From assembly GCA_963776275.1 (NCBI GenBank), contig CAVZMI010000014.1, positions 64,001-128,000 of the forward strand: 64,000 nucleotides of DNA, in the 5' to 3' direction. The notes under the pieces were generated by a model that did not search any database, was not told the origin of the DNA, and was given only the letters and a program-made list of their open reading frames with translations. This document shows, in pieces, positions 28,507-40,143 of this stretch (its first letter is position 1; every line of letters begins with the position of its first letter). The position numbers were made by a program, and so were the translations under genes. The stretch comes from Ignavibacteriota bacterium. Its GTDB lineage: Bacteria > Bacteroidota > Ignavibacteria > UBA10030 > CAVZMI01.

Positions 28507-31500
28507 ATGAAAACTTTCGTACGTTTAATTACAGTCGGAGTACTCTTCGTCTTGCTGGGGGCAAGTACATTGACAGCACAGGGAGTGACGTACTCTACCG
28601 GTCCGGCAGTTCCCATAGCATTAGCCGGAGCTAACGGCGGCTTTTCGTGGGGAGACGTGAATGGAGATGGTTATCTGGATGCCCTTATCCGTCAAAATAA
28701 CTTGTTGATAAACCAGGTTACATCTTTCACTCCATTGACTAACACGGGTCTTCCAAGCGGACAAGACGGATGCGGTTTAGGTCTTGCCGATTTTAACGGC
28801 GATGGTTACCTTGACGCTTTTGGTATCGCGCAGAACACTTGGGTTCCGTGGTTATATATCGATAGCGTTGGAGTATCGTTTAAGGCAGCAACAGGGACTG
28901 GAGATCTTGTAACCGCTGGAGGCACTGGAGTTGCCAGTGGTTTCGGTGGAATGACAGTAGCTGACTATGACAGGGATAATAATCTGGATATGGCTTGGAC
29001 CGGTGCCCATGGGATTTGGCTCTTAAAAGGAAGTGCCAGTGGCGCTTTTACACATAAGGGCAATAGCTCTTCAGCTCCGGCAATAGATACATCCCTATCC
29101 TATGAATCGTGGGAAATGTCTTTCCTCGATGCAAATAATGATGGTTATTCCGATTTGTTAGCGGCAAGTTTCAGACAAGGATATCAGAAGTTTAATACTG
29201 GAACAGCAGCTTATAGAAAAGGATGCGTTTTCTTCGTGAACGATGGAAACGGTAAATTTTATGTTCCAACCGCGGCAAAACTTGGACGCACAATTTATGA
29301 ACTCGATTCTATCTCGGCTGGAGTAATTTATGCCGGTACGAAGGCCGATACTGGAATTATTGTAGACGATACAGTGCGCCACTTTGAAGCCATCGCACAT
29401 GCAGTGGGTGATTTTAACAATGATGGCATCATGGATTTGTATATCGCATCGAATAGTTCAAATAACCTGGATGCACGCGACACTGCAAGGTTTATTGTTC
29501 TCGTGTATGGAAAAGGAGATGGCACATTCACGTACAAATGGAATGGAACATCAACCGTTGCTAATAATGGATTAACTCAGAATGGAGGCTCACGGTCATT
29601 AAATGTGGGCGATTATAACAATGACGGAAATTTAGATGTAGTGGTAGGCTGCTTCGGAGCTGGTGTATACTCCCAATATCTCTATAGAAACAACGGCGAT
29701 GGAACATTCACCGACGTATCAACAGCTTCTGGCATAAACACTAGTGGCACAAGGAGCGTAGCCTTTGTTGAATATAATAACGACGGCTTCCTCGATATTT
29801 ATACCTATACCAATACCACTACTGTTTTAATGAAGAACAGCGGCAACTCTAACCATTGGATTGGCTTCAAACCCATAGGCACTGGCAATAACAAGTCGGC
29901 TGTTGGAGCAGTTCTCACGATTTATACAGGATTGAAGAAGCAAATCCGAGCCATCAGAGCAGACGCTGGCTCAGCAGCTTCAGGTGAAGGATTACGGGCC
30001 AACTTCGGTCTCGGAACAGCCACAGCTATTGATAGTTTAGTTGTACAGTGGCCCGATGGTGTAAGGCAGAAAGTCACCGGTATTCCTTCTGTGAACAGGT
30101 ACTGGACGGTAAAGGAGGGTGTGGATGTCCCGGCAGTTCCAGTGCTTGTTGGCCCGGCAAACGGTGTAGACGGTGTGCCGATCGATACCACCTTAAGCTG
30201 GAATACTGCAGTCGGCGCTGTCGCTTATCAGTGTCAGGTTTCACTTGATTCTACATTCGCGACGGGTATAAATGTTAACGATACGTTGACCGGCACGACC
30301 AAGCAGCTTACCGGACTCGGGAACAGCTCAACGTATTACTGGCGCGTCCGTTCAATTGGCACCATCACCAACGGATTCGTGAGCGCATACGCAACGCGTC
30401 ATTTCACGACAATTGCCCATATTCCGGATGTACCCGTGCTTGCTTTACCGGCGGATAACGCTTTGGATCTGGAGTATATGGTTACACTGACTAGTTACAA
30501 AACTAAGGGTGCAGCCCATTATCATTGGCAACTCTCTACCGCCCTGGCATTCTCTTCACTTGCAGTCAATGACTCAACAACAGATTCGGTAAGAGTTGTA
30601 GGACCATTGGCGTCCGGCACGAAGTATTATTGGAAGGTACGGGCCGTTAATCCCGGTGGCCCGAGTGAGTTTTCAGCCCCCGATTCCTTCACGGTCATGG
30701 CTGCTCCGGGTGCAACTACGCTTGCATACCCCACAAGCAACCAAAAAAGCGTGAGTGCAGATAACCTGAAACTGAAATGGCATCCGGCATCCATAGCTTC
30801 AGGTTACGAGTGCCAGATCTCACTGAGCAAGTCATTCTCCACGTTGGCCGTTGCCAGTGACTCGACGGCTGATACGACTTTCACAGCTACACTGGATCAT
30901 ATAACGAAATATTACTGGCGTGTACGCGGCTTCACTGTCGGTGGAAATGGCCCATTTACTGCGATAGATTCGTTTACCACGATTGTGCCAATTCCTGCCG
31001 CGCCAACGCTTGTTTCACCTCGTTCGGTAGTGAACGTGCCGAGAAATCCAACCATTATCTGGCATGCTTCAACATACGCGACACGATATCGTCTTCAGAT
31101 TGCGACAAACAGTTCGTTCATTGCAATAGTCTTAGACACCACGGTAGCAGACACGACAGTCTGGTTGAGGACCGATGCTGGATGCGAACAAGTTATACTA
31201 CTGGCAGGTCAGTGCAACAGATACGTTGGGGACAAGTGCGTACTCCACTCCGGCGCATTTCACGACGGGGACAACCAGTATCGATCAAGCTGCTGAAATT
31301 CCAAAAGAGTTCGCACTCTTGCAGAATTATCCGAACCCATTCAATCCTTCAACGACAATTGGCTATGATCTTCCGAAAAACGCTTATGTGAAGATCATTA
31401 TCTACGACATGCTTGGAAAAGTTGTAGCCAATTTAGTAGACGGGATGCAGGCCGCGAATAGATACACTATTGAATGGAATCCATCACATTTGAGCAGTGG

Positions 31501-31585
31501 AATCTATTTCTATCGAATTGAGGCTCGGAGTCAGGATGGATCAGCAAACTTTACTGCAGTGAAAAAACTTCTTTTCATGAAGTAA
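28507..31585 (+). CDS. FG-GAP/VCBS-repeat + ASPIC/UnbV + fibronectin-III protein with T9SS CTD; frameshift near 31172
   Basis: Repeated GD.N.DG.LD motifs, NHWI.F, FGLG...IDSLVVQWPDG, YYWRV FN3 repeats; the CTD is in ORF 31175-31585. Confidence 0.82.
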
Positions 31586-31598
31586 TATTTTCCTAGTT

Positions 31599-31639
31599 AC
31601 GAGTGCGACTCACCTTGAAAGTGAGTCGCACTTGTTTTT
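31599..31639 (+). terminator. Rho-independent terminator
   Basis: gagtgcgactcac / gtgagtcgcactt stem followed by gttttt. Confidence 0.85.
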
Positions 31640-31797
31640 GTATATGGTGTTGGTGAAATAAGGATATTTTATCCTCCCACTTTATAAGTCCATCGTATTT
31701 TCGATCGTTTTCTTGTCACTTGAGAAAAGGGTGAATTGGTGATATAAATTTTGGCGAGGAAGAATTATATATTTAGAAAAAGGAAGGATTCGTATTG

Positions 31798-33516
31798 ATG
31801 GAAAATAAATATTTTCCAAAAGTCGATAAAACAATTTCCTATGAAGGTAAAAAATCCAAAATCAAAATTGAAACTCCAAGTGTGAAGTTCTTCTCGGTTC
31901 TTTTTGTATTATTATCGTTGCTCCTTCCTGCGAACGCACAGATCAGAAGTACTGATGGCGTATCCGGCATTCCTCATTTAAGGACACAAGGCACTGCCAC
32001 TCAGCTCATCGTCGATGGAAAACCATTCCTGATGCTTGCCGGGGAATTAGGAAATTCAAGTGCATCAGATCTGGAATATATGAGACTCATTTGGCCCAGG
32101 TTGGTAAAGATGCATTTGAATACCGTTCTCGTTCCGGTGTATTGGGAACTCCTGGAACCGCAAGAAGGGAAATTCGATTTTACGCTGGTCGATAGTATTA
32201 TTCATTCAGCCAGGCGCTACGATCTGAAGGTTGTCTTCCTCTGGTTTGGTAGCTGGAAGAACAGCATGTCGTGTTATGTCCCTCTTTGGATCAAAACGGA
32301 TGAGCAGCGATATCCGCGTGCACGCACTAAGGAAGGCATGGCTGAGGAGATACTTACTCCGTTCAGCGATGAGAACAGGAATGCGGACGCCCGCGCTTTC
32401 GCCGCATTTATGAAACATATCCGCACGGTGGACGGCATAAACCATACTGTTATCATGGTACAGGTTGAGAACGAGATCGGCATGATTCCTGATGCAAGGG
32501 ATTACTGTAAGGAGGCGAATAAACATTTCTCGGAACACGTGCCGACAGAGTTAATGAATTATCTTCAGAAGAATAAGGATCTATTGCCTCCTGAAATTCA
32601 TGAACTTTGGCAGAAGGCGGATTTCAAAACATCGGGAACGTGGGAAGAAATTTTTGGGAGGAGCTTGCAAACAGATGAAGTATTCATGGCATGGTATTTT
32701 GCGAAGTATACGAACTATGTGGCGGAAGCGGGGAAAAAAGAATATCCATTACCCATGTATGTGAATGCGGCACTGATCCGCCCCGGATACAAGCCCGGGC
32801 AGTATCCGAGTGCAGGGCCGCTGCCCCATCTTATCGATATCTGGAGGGCGGCTGCTCCAGAGATAGATTTTTTGGCGCCCGACATTTATTTCAATAATTT
32901 TAAGGAGTGGTGCGGGAAATATGATTATCGAAACAATCCGGTATTCATACCGGAAGCAGCCAACAACCAGAGCGTAACTAATGCTTATTATGCGATTGCA
33001 CAGCACAATGCAATGGGTTACAGCCCGTTCTCGATTGAATCGCTTGATGATCCCGAAAACAATCAGGTTTCAAAGGGATATGATGTGCTCCGTCAGCTGG
33101 AGCAGCTGATCATCGAGAACCAGGGAAAGGGAGCGATGGCCGGCGTACTGCTGGATAGCGTAAATCAGACAGAGCGCGTTCAACTCGGAGATTTCACTTT
33201 CAACTTTAAACATGAGTATAGCTGGCGGTATGCGTTCCGATCCGGTGTCGATACGCCGAGGGTCGGTGGGATGATCGTCATGCTCTCTCTGGAGGAGTTC
33301 TTGATTGCCGGCAGCGGGATCATAGTAACATTTGAGTCGCGGACAGACGACAGTGCCATCGCAGGAATTGCATGCATCGATGAGGGCAAGTTTGTCAATG
33401 GCAAATGGGTTGCAGGTCGTCGCATGAATGGAGACCAGGATCATCAGGGAAGGCAAATGCATTTGCCAGGCGGATCGTTCGGAATTCAGAAAGTGAAACT
33501 CTACAAGTACCGATGA
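31798..33516 (+). CDS. GH35-related beta-galactosidase with DUF5597-like C-terminus
   Basis: QLIVDGKPFL, GEL.NSS, LWFGSWKN, MVQVENE, YPSAGP, APDIY, FIPE. Confidence 0.85.
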   Translation: MENKYFPKVDKTISYEGKKSKIKIETPSVKFFSVLFVLLSLLLPANAQIRSTDGVSGIPHLRTQGTATQLIVDGKPFLMLAGELGNSSASDLEYMRLIWPRLVKMHLNTVLVPVYWELLEPQEGKFDFTLVDSIIHSARRYDLKVVFLWFGSWKNSMSCYVPLWIKTDEQRYPRARTKEGMAEEILTPFSDENRNADARAFAAFMKHIRTVDGINHTVIMVQVENEIGMIPDARDYCKEANKHFSEHVPTELMNYLQKNKDLLPPEIHELWQKADFKTSGTWEEIFGRSLQTDEVFMAWYFAKYTNYVAEAGKKEYPLPMYVNAALIRPGYKPGQYPSAGPLPHLIDIWRAAAPEIDFLAPDIYFNNFKEWCGKYDYRNNPVFIPEAANNQSVTNAYYAIAQHNAMGYSPFSIESLDDPENNQVSKGYDVLRQLEQLIIENQGKGAMAGVLLDSVNQTERVQLGDFTFNFKHEYSWRYAFRSGVDTPRVGGMIVMLSLEEFLIAGSGIIVTFESRTDDSAIAGIACIDEGKFVNGKWVAGRRMNGDQDHQGRQMHLPGGSFGIQKVKLYKYR

Positions 33517-33650
33517 AATGTCTTCAATGTCGCGGTTCAGAGTCTGCCATATCAAAAGTGAGTTAAAAATATAAGAGATGGTTTTCGGTATATTCCTTTT
33601 GATAAAAGGAAAAATGAGATAAGATTCAATGCAGTGAAAAAGGGTAGCTG

Positions 33651-33692
33651 AAAAAAGAAAAAGCCGGCTCCAAAGAACCGGCTTTCTTCTTC
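33651..33692. terminator. Bidirectional intrinsic terminator
   Basis: aaagccggctc / gaaccggcttt stem flanked by an A-tract on the left and a T-rich tract on the right. Confidence 0.8.
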
Positions 33693-33728
33693 ATTCACTA
33701 TTCACAACTCACAATTCACTATTTATTT

Positions 33729-33743
33729 GTGTCCCCAACGGGA
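33729..33743 (-). mobile_element. Putative att site: 3' fragment of a tRNA (Glu-like)
   Basis: Minus strand reads TCCCGTTGGGGACAC, the T-stem 3' strand + acceptor strand + discriminator pattern, with no upstream tRNA body; a terminator follows on the same strand. Confidence 0.45.
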
Positions 33744-33925
33744 CATAATCAAAAGGAGTGTTTTTTACCGAGTTTTATCGATTTTGTTGAGATTCCTGTA
33801 CGATTTCTCATTTAGGGTATTATGGAGGGGATCGGATGGAGCAAAAAAGTCTTTATCATTTTTTAGCTCAAATGATCCGATTTGATTTGACGACATAACA
33901 ATATTTTTTCTGAAAGAAACAGTTT

Positions 33926-35065
33926 ATGAAAAGGATTGTTTTGCTCTTAGAATCATCACGTGAATTCGGAAGACAATTAATTATCGGTATTGCCCATTAC
34001 TCAAGGCTCAACGGTTCATGGCCTTTTTTAATGAGCCGATAGATCTAAAATCGTCAATTCCTCATTTAACTAGCTGGAAACCGGACGGAATCATTATGCG
34101 TGATTCTTTAGTATCAAAAGAATTGCTGAAACTAAAAATTCCAACAATCCTTGCTATTCATGATTCTTCATATCCAAAAGATGTCCCGGTAATAAAAACA
34201 GATTCCTGTTCAATTGCGAGATTGGCAAGCAAGCATTTTATTGAAAGAGGGTTTAAAAATCTTGCCTTCTGCGGTTTCGATAATTATGACTGGTCTGAGG
34301 GGCGTAAATTATTTTTTAACCGATTCAATAATGAAGCCGGCATTAAAACCTATAATTTTCGCCAATCAAAAAAAATTAAAAACTATAACTGGGAAAATGA
34401 ACAGAAGCATGTGAGAAAATGGATTGCGGGTTTGCCAAAACCTGTCGGTATATTTGCCTGTAATGACGACCGTGGACATCATATACTGGAGGTATGTAAA
34501 TTGGACAATTTAAGAGTCCCGGAGGATGTCGCAGTGATAGGTGTTGATAATGACCCGCTGATATGCGAATTAGAAGATCCACCACTTACAAGTATTGCTT
34601 TAAATGTTGAATCTGCAGGTTTTGAAGCTGCAAAACTATTGGATCAATTAATGAATAAAAAGAAGATTGTTGGAAGTCAAATAATGGTTACTCCAAGTCA
34701 TATAGTTCAAAGACAATCTTCAGACATTCTTGCTGTCGATGACACCGAGGTCGCCCAGGCAATTCACTATATCATGAACAATGCAAAAAATAAAATTCTT
34801 GTTCAGAGACGTCGTAAAAGCAACCAGCATCAGCAGACGATCACTGGAGAAACGGTTCAGAAAATCCTTTCACAGATCCATCTATAATGAAATACAACAG
34901 GTCCGTGTTGAATTGATTTCAAAATTACTCATAGAAACCGACCTGCCTATTTCCCAAATCACTTCTTCTTTTAGTTTTACGGACTGCGAGCATATTTCCC
35001 GCTTTTTTAAGAAAGAAAAAGGGATCGGCTTGCGTGAATTTCGTAAATTTCATAAACCTCTCTGA
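33926..35065 (+). CDS. xylR: XylR-type transcriptional activator (periplasmic-binding-fold sensor + C-terminal AraC HTH); two frameshifts near 34021 and 34804
   Basis: MKRIVLLLESSREFGRQLIIGIA from ATG 33926; LPKPVGIFACND, VPEDVAVIGVDND, RQSSD; AraC part SRRSLEKRF...LLIETDLPISQI. Confidence 0.87.
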
Positions 35066-35072
35066 TATCTCT

Positions 35073-35142
35073 CCCGTACGCTATTTGGTTAATTAATAGT
35101 ACAAAATGGCTACTATTTGAACGTCTATGTATTTATTATTTA
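35073..35142 (+). promoter_or_regulatory. Conserved ~70-bp promoter/operator element, copy 1 (putative XylR site)
   Basis: cccgtacgctatttggttaattaatagtacaaaatggctactatttgaac...; TGGTTA/TGGCTA at 21-bp spacing, then TTGAAC. Confidence 0.75.
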
Positions 35143-35223
35143 GAATATTATGGGAGAGTAATTACCGTCGTTTTCTGTCCTCTAATAATTTGATTCATTC
35201 ACTTTTTTTAGGAGAGACCACAT

Positions 35224-36258
35224 ATGGGTAAAAAATTAAATTATGTTATGTTTTTAGTACTGTTGGCAACCATACATATTAATTTGACCGCTCAGGGAGT
35301 TGATCCGGGGACTGTGAATCTGACCCATTCATGGACATTCAATGATGGAACGACAAATGATCATATTGGTGGCGCCAATGGTACGTTGATGGGGACCGCC
35401 GAGGTATATGAGGGTTCGCTGCTGGCGGTAAATCCTGGCGCATATATGGAAATGCCTGCAGATAAAATCGCGATAAACACATATACCGAAGTTACCATTG
35501 AAGCATGGTTTAGGTCGGTTGCTAATGGAAATACCGGTTATACTATGCTGGCCTTTTTTGGTGATACAAAGAATAGAGTGGGTGTAGACGGCTATTTTAT
35601 ATGCTCGGCAAGGGGCGATAATAAAAGCCGTGCAGCAATCTCCTGCGGCGTGTATTCAAGTCCATGGAACGGCGAAGACGGGGCAAACGGCCCCGAATAT
35701 GACGACGGTGAACTTCATCATATGGTGAGCACTCTGAATGCGACAGAAATAACATTGTATATTGATGGACTGCTCCAGGCATCCGCTCCTCTGGATACGA
35801 ACAACAGTATCGCGAGATTAGGTACAACTCATGCGTATCTTGTAAAAAGCGGATATGAGGATGATGCTACATGGTTGGGTGAGATACTTGAATTTAACAT
35901 GTATAACAAGACTCTGTCGGCGGATGAAGTGCTCTTTCTTTTCAACAGAGGTGCCAGTACGACGGGTGTCGAGAAGGAGATTGCGGGTACTCCGAAGGAA
36001 TATCGCTTGTTACAGAATTATCCAAATCCCTTCAACCCGACGACGACGATTGAATTCGCATTGCCCCGGCGCAGCACTGTTCGTCTTGTCCTTGTAAACA
36101 CAATGGGTCAGGTTGTACGGGAATTAGCTGACGGAGAATTCACAGCGGGCATCCATAGAGTGAAATTAGATGCTTCCAATCTGGCATCGGGCGTTTATTT
36201 TTGCAGAATGCAGTCCGATAATTTTGTCGATGCAAAAAAAATTGTGCTTATGAAGTGA
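35224..36258 (+). CDS. LamG/concanavalin-like domain protein with T9SS CTD
   Basis: Signal peptide, HSWTF.DG, TIEAWF, HHMV...LYIDG, YNK.LS..EV, QNYPNPFNP. Confidence 0.85.
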   Translation: MGKKLNYVMFLVLLATIHINLTAQGVDPGTVNLTHSWTFNDGTTNDHIGGANGTLMGTAEVYEGSLLAVNPGAYMEMPADKIAINTYTEVTIEAWFRSVANGNTGYTMLAFFGDTKNRVGVDGYFICSARGDNKSRAAISCGVYSSPWNGEDGANGPEYDDGELHHMVSTLNATEITLYIDGLLQASAPLDTNNSIARLGTTHAYLVKSGYEDDATWLGEILEFNMYNKTLSADEVLFLFNRGASTTGVEKEIAGTPKEYRLLQNYPNPFNPTTTIEFALPRRSTVRLVLVNTMGQVVRELADGEFTAGIHRVKLDASNLASGVYFCRMQSDNFVDAKKIVLMK

Positions 36259-36347
36259 GTTTATGGTGCACGTCTCCAGGATCGGACTGTGTTTGTCGTT
36301 AGTCCGGCTTAAGAGACTCAAGAGATTTTGCCATGGTAGAACATTCT

Positions 36348-36856
36348 CAGGAGGTAGCAGCGTCCCGCCGACAATTTACCGAAGAAGAAAAGACCTAAAT
36401 CGCGCTTGAAGGAATGAGCTGCAGCATCGCGGTTGCCGAGCTTTGTCGGAGGCACGGGATTTACGAACACTATTCCGTCCTTCAGGGAACAATGGCGCGA
36501 ACAGTTTATCGAAACAGATCGTCAGCGTTTTGAAGCCGGCGGTAAGAACGATATCGTGAAAGTGAAGGACCGGGAGATCGCGAAGCTGAAGGAACGTAAC
36601 GGCGATCTGACGCATGACAATGAAGCTTTTAAAAAAGCCAGCGACGAGGGGAAAAAAACCATCGGTCCGATCACTTCCTCGGCCGATTTCACGGTTATAG
36701 CGATTAGTTGGTATCAACCGCAGCCGTTTATACTACACACCTCGGTATCACCAACGAGCAACGAGTAACGAGTAACGACAAAACAGATCTCCTGAAAGAC
36801 CTTGCCGGTTTATATTCTCCGTTCGGTTACCGGAGAATAACTGTCATGGCCGGATA
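36348..36856 (+). mobile_element. Degenerate IS3-family transposase remnant
   Basis: OrfA-like RRQFTEEEK*IALE ... WREQF ... EIAKLKE..GDL..DNEAFKKA ending in the A6G slippery motif, then OrfB-like DLAGLYSPFGYRRI; stops and frameshifts, no DDE domain. Confidence 0.72.
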
Positions 36857-36894
36857 TTTGAGTATGGGAGGAATGAGGAGGATCATAAATCGCA

Positions 36895-39800
36895 ATGAAA
36901 AAAACAACCTATTATCGACACGATATTTTCATAATCGCCATCGCATTTTTGATGCTTACGACGGTTCAAGCATTCTCGCAGCCGCTGGCAAGCGGATACG
37001 ACAAATTCATCGGTAATGTATTCGATTCGGGAAATCCCCCTGATAAATTTGAGTTGTACTGGAATCAGGTCACGCCCGGAAACGCCGGGAAGTGGATGTA
37101 TGTGGAACCGGTACGGGATGCCTACTCGTGGTCGCAGCTCGACATAATGTATCAATACTGCATACAGCGGGGAATTCCTTTCAAATATCACTGCTTGATA
37201 TGGGCGGCACAGCAACCGACGTGGATTACGACGCTCGATTCCGCTTCCCAGGCACACGAAGTCGAGGAATTCATCCGTTTGGTCGGCGAACGATACCCGC
37301 AAATGAGCTCTATCGACGTGGTGAACGAGCCTCTGCCGGGTCACAACCAGGCTGGGTATCGGAACGCTCTCGGCGGAGCCGGCACGACGGGATGGGACTG
37401 GGTCATCACCGCGTTTCGATGGGCACGTCAGTATTGCGCTCCGGGAGTGAAACTCATCCTGAACGATTTCGGCATCATCAACAGCAACAGCAATACCGAC
37501 GCATTCCTTGTCATCATTAATCTTCTCAAAGAGAGAGGATTAATCGATGCCATCGGCGTCCAGGGACACCGGTTCGAACTCGAAGGTGCTACAGCAAACG
37601 CCATCACGTATAATCTGAATCGACTCGCGGCGACGGGACTGCTGATCTATATTTCCGAGTTCGATGTGGCACCAAGCAATATCGTAAATGACAACACACA
37701 GCTGACAGAAATGCAGCGTGTTTTTCCTGTGCTCTGGACACACCCGGGCGTGAAAGGCATTACATTCTGGGGATACCTGGCGGGATCGATGTGGCAAACT
37801 GGTGCATACCTGATTCGGTCCGATGGAACCGAGCGTCCGGCTCTGCAGTGGCTGCGAAATTACCTGACTGCAGCGGGCAGTTTCCGCTCCCACAGAAGCG
37901 GCCCCTGGAACGATGTCAACACATGGGAGCGGTACGACGGGAGTTCGTGGATCACCCCCGCACTAACGCTGCCGTCAACTACGTCGAAGATCGTCTCGGT
38001 GGAAAGTGGAGACACCGTTGCAGTCGCAGTCACCGATTCGATCGACCAACTCTGGATATCGCAGGGCGCCGGAATTGTCATTAATCCCGGAAAGACGTTG
38101 ACGGTACAGCACGGCGATCCGCTCGACATCAGCGGTGCGGATATGTTCATTAATGGTTTCGTGAAGTGTTTTGGAACCCTCGCAGCGGGAACCGGCGCAT
38201 CGATTTTCTTCGGGAACGGCAGCTCCTATGCGCACGAACAAAACGGAGGAGCGCTGCCGAAAGCGACATGGGGAGCCGGCTCCGTCTGCATTCTCGATAG
38301 CCTCAAGAATTCGGCTCCAACGAACGGAAATCAGAATTTTTCCGATATCATGTGGAACTCACCCGGCCAAACCGAAAACCTCGGTCTCGGCTGGAACGGC
38401 AACACGATCAGCGGCACTATCACGATTCAGAATACGGGAACAGGGATATGGAATTTCTGCAGCCCTACCGCCGGGGAACGAGATACCGTTAATCTCAATG
38501 GCGATGTCGTACAGTCGGGTGGTCAGGTAGCGGCATGCGGATCTGATGATGCAACCGCGTCGGTCATCGTTAGTCACACCGGAAATATCAACATCACCGG
38601 AGGAAATTTCTCGATTTCCAGAGGTTCCGGTGGTAACGTCATATGGAATCTTGACAGTGGAAATGTATCGATAAAAAATGCAATGACGCAAAATGATTTC
38701 GGGAGTAACGGGAGTCTCGTATTCTGCGGAAACGGTATCGTTCAGACATTGACACTCTCCGGTGTGACATACGGAACGGGTGGATTGCCGGTTGAGGTCG
38801 ACAGCGGTGCCACTCTCAGTATGGGAACAAGTATCCTCGATGGAGAAGGAAATTTTCGGCTGAAACCCGGAGCAACATTTCAGACCGGCCATACAGGAGG
38901 CTTGGATTCCTCCATCATTACGACGGGCATCAGGAATTTCAGCACTTCGGCGTATTATGCATTCAATGGCACAAAAAACATGATTACGGGGATTTCTATT
39001 CCCGATACAGTAGCACGGTTAACTATTAATTGCTCTCAGAATTTGACGCTCTCGAAGAATCTCGTAGTCAATGAAATGGTGGAGATGAAAAAAGGCCACC
39101 TCCTGAACGGCGGCAACATATTGACCTATGGATCAGCTGCAACCTTGAAATACTCAGGATTTATGTCGCAGACATCGTCGGATAATGAATTCCCCGAGAT
39201 TGCAGGTCCGAAGAATCTCATCGCTGCCACCGAAAACGGTCTTATACTCCATTCATCCCGGACGATCGGTGGTACGCTTTCACTACAACGAAAAATGACG
39301 CTCGGTGCAAATTCACTAACTGCATCCTTGACATCCGATGCAACCCCGACCGCCTATGTCGTAACAAACGGCACCGGTAGTCTGAAACTGACGTTAGATG
39401 GAACAGAGGAAACACTTTTTCCGGTAGGGACGGCGACAGCATATGCGCCTGTCTGGATCAGTAATGCCGGAATACCTGATACCCTCGGTGTGAACGTCGT
39501 GTCTGATACTTCGTCAGCCCCGTACGGCGGACGCGTCAACGCGTGCTGGAAAATTGATGAAAATACCCAGGGCGGAGGAAATTATACCTTGCGGTTCGGC
39601 TGGAGTCCCGCACTGGAAAATTCGGCCTTCTCAGCCGATCGCTCCCATAATGCGCGAATATTTCTTCTTTCCGATACGACCGAAGCGGGAACCGGCGCCT
39701 ATACAACCGACTTCTTGACGGCTCCGTACAGCGTTTCGCGCGGAGGTATCACGACACTCGGACTGTTCGGCGTCGGTAGGTTCGGATTCCTGACGGATGC

Positions 39801-40104
39801 GGTGGAACGAAACGACGGCGTTCCAAAAGAAATCCGACTAGCACAGAATTACCCGAATCCGTTCAATCCAACCACCATGATTGTCTATGAACTCCCGTCG
39901 GCGATGAATGTGACCCTCGTAATCACCAATGTTCTCGGGGTGAAGGTTCGGACAGTCGTTGATACACGACAATCAGCTGGTAGATTCTCGACCGTTTGGG
40001 ATGGCACCGACGATCAGCGCCGGATGGTTGCGACGGGGATTTATTTTTATACCCTTACAGCCGGCGACTTGAAATTAACGAAAAAAATGCTTTTGATGAA
40101 ATAA
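36895..40104 (+). CDS. GH10 xylanase fused to a ~635-aa uncharacterised module and T9SS CTD
   Basis: WNQVTPGNAGKW, DVVNEP, ILNDF, GVQGH, ISEFD; QNYPNPFNP with FlgD-like WDG CTD. Confidence 0.88.
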   Translation: MKKTTYYRHDIFIIAIAFLMLTTVQAFSQPLASGYDKFIGNVFDSGNPPDKFELYWNQVTPGNAGKWMYVEPVRDAYSWSQLDIMYQYCIQRGIPFKYHCLIWAAQQPTWITTLDSASQAHEVEEFIRLVGERYPQMSSIDVVNEPLPGHNQAGYRNALGGAGTTGWDWVITAFRWARQYCAPGVKLILNDFGIINSNSNTDAFLVIINLLKERGLIDAIGVQGHRFELEGATANAITYNLNRLAATGLLIYISEFDVAPSNIVNDNTQLTEMQRVFPVLWTHPGVKGITFWGYLAGSMWQTGAYLIRSDGTERPALQWLRNYLTAAGSFRSHRSGPWNDVNTWERYDGSSWITPALTLPSTTSKIVSVESGDTVAVAVTDSIDQLWISQGAGIVINPGKTLTVQHGDPLDISGADMFINGFVKCFGTLAAGTGASIFFGNGSSYAHEQNGGALPKATWGAGSVCILDSLKNSAPTNGNQNFSDIMWNSPGQTENLGLGWNGNTISGTITIQNTGTGIWNFCSPTAGERDTVNLNGDVVQSGGQVAACGSDDATASVIVSHTGNINITGGNFSISRGSGGNVIWNLDSGNVSIKNAMTQNDFGSNGSLVFCGNGIVQTLTLSGVTYGTGGLPVEVDSGATLSMGTSILDGEGNFRLKPGATFQTGHTGGLDSSIITTGIRNFSTSAYYAFNGTKNMITGISIPDTVARLTINCSQNLTLSKNLVVNEMVEMKKGHLLNGGNILTYGSAATLKYSGFMSQTSSDNEFPEIAGPKNLIAATENGLILHSSRTIGGTLSLQRKMTLGANSLTASLTSDATPTAYVVTNGTGSLKLTLDGTEETLFPVGTATAYAPVWISNAGIPDTLGVNVVSDTSSAPYGGRVNACWKIDENTQGGGNYTLRFGWSPALENSAFSADRSHNARIFLLSDTTEAGTGAYTTDFLTAPYSVSRGGITTLGLFGVGRFGFLTDAVERNDGVPKEIRLAQNYPNPFNPTTMIVYELPSAMNVTLVITNVLGVKVRTVVDTRQSAGRFSTVWDGTDDQRRMVATGIYFYTLTAGDLKLTKKMLLMK

Positions 40105-40143
40105 CACCCCCACGAGAAAATAATTGTAAGCAAAGAAAACGAT

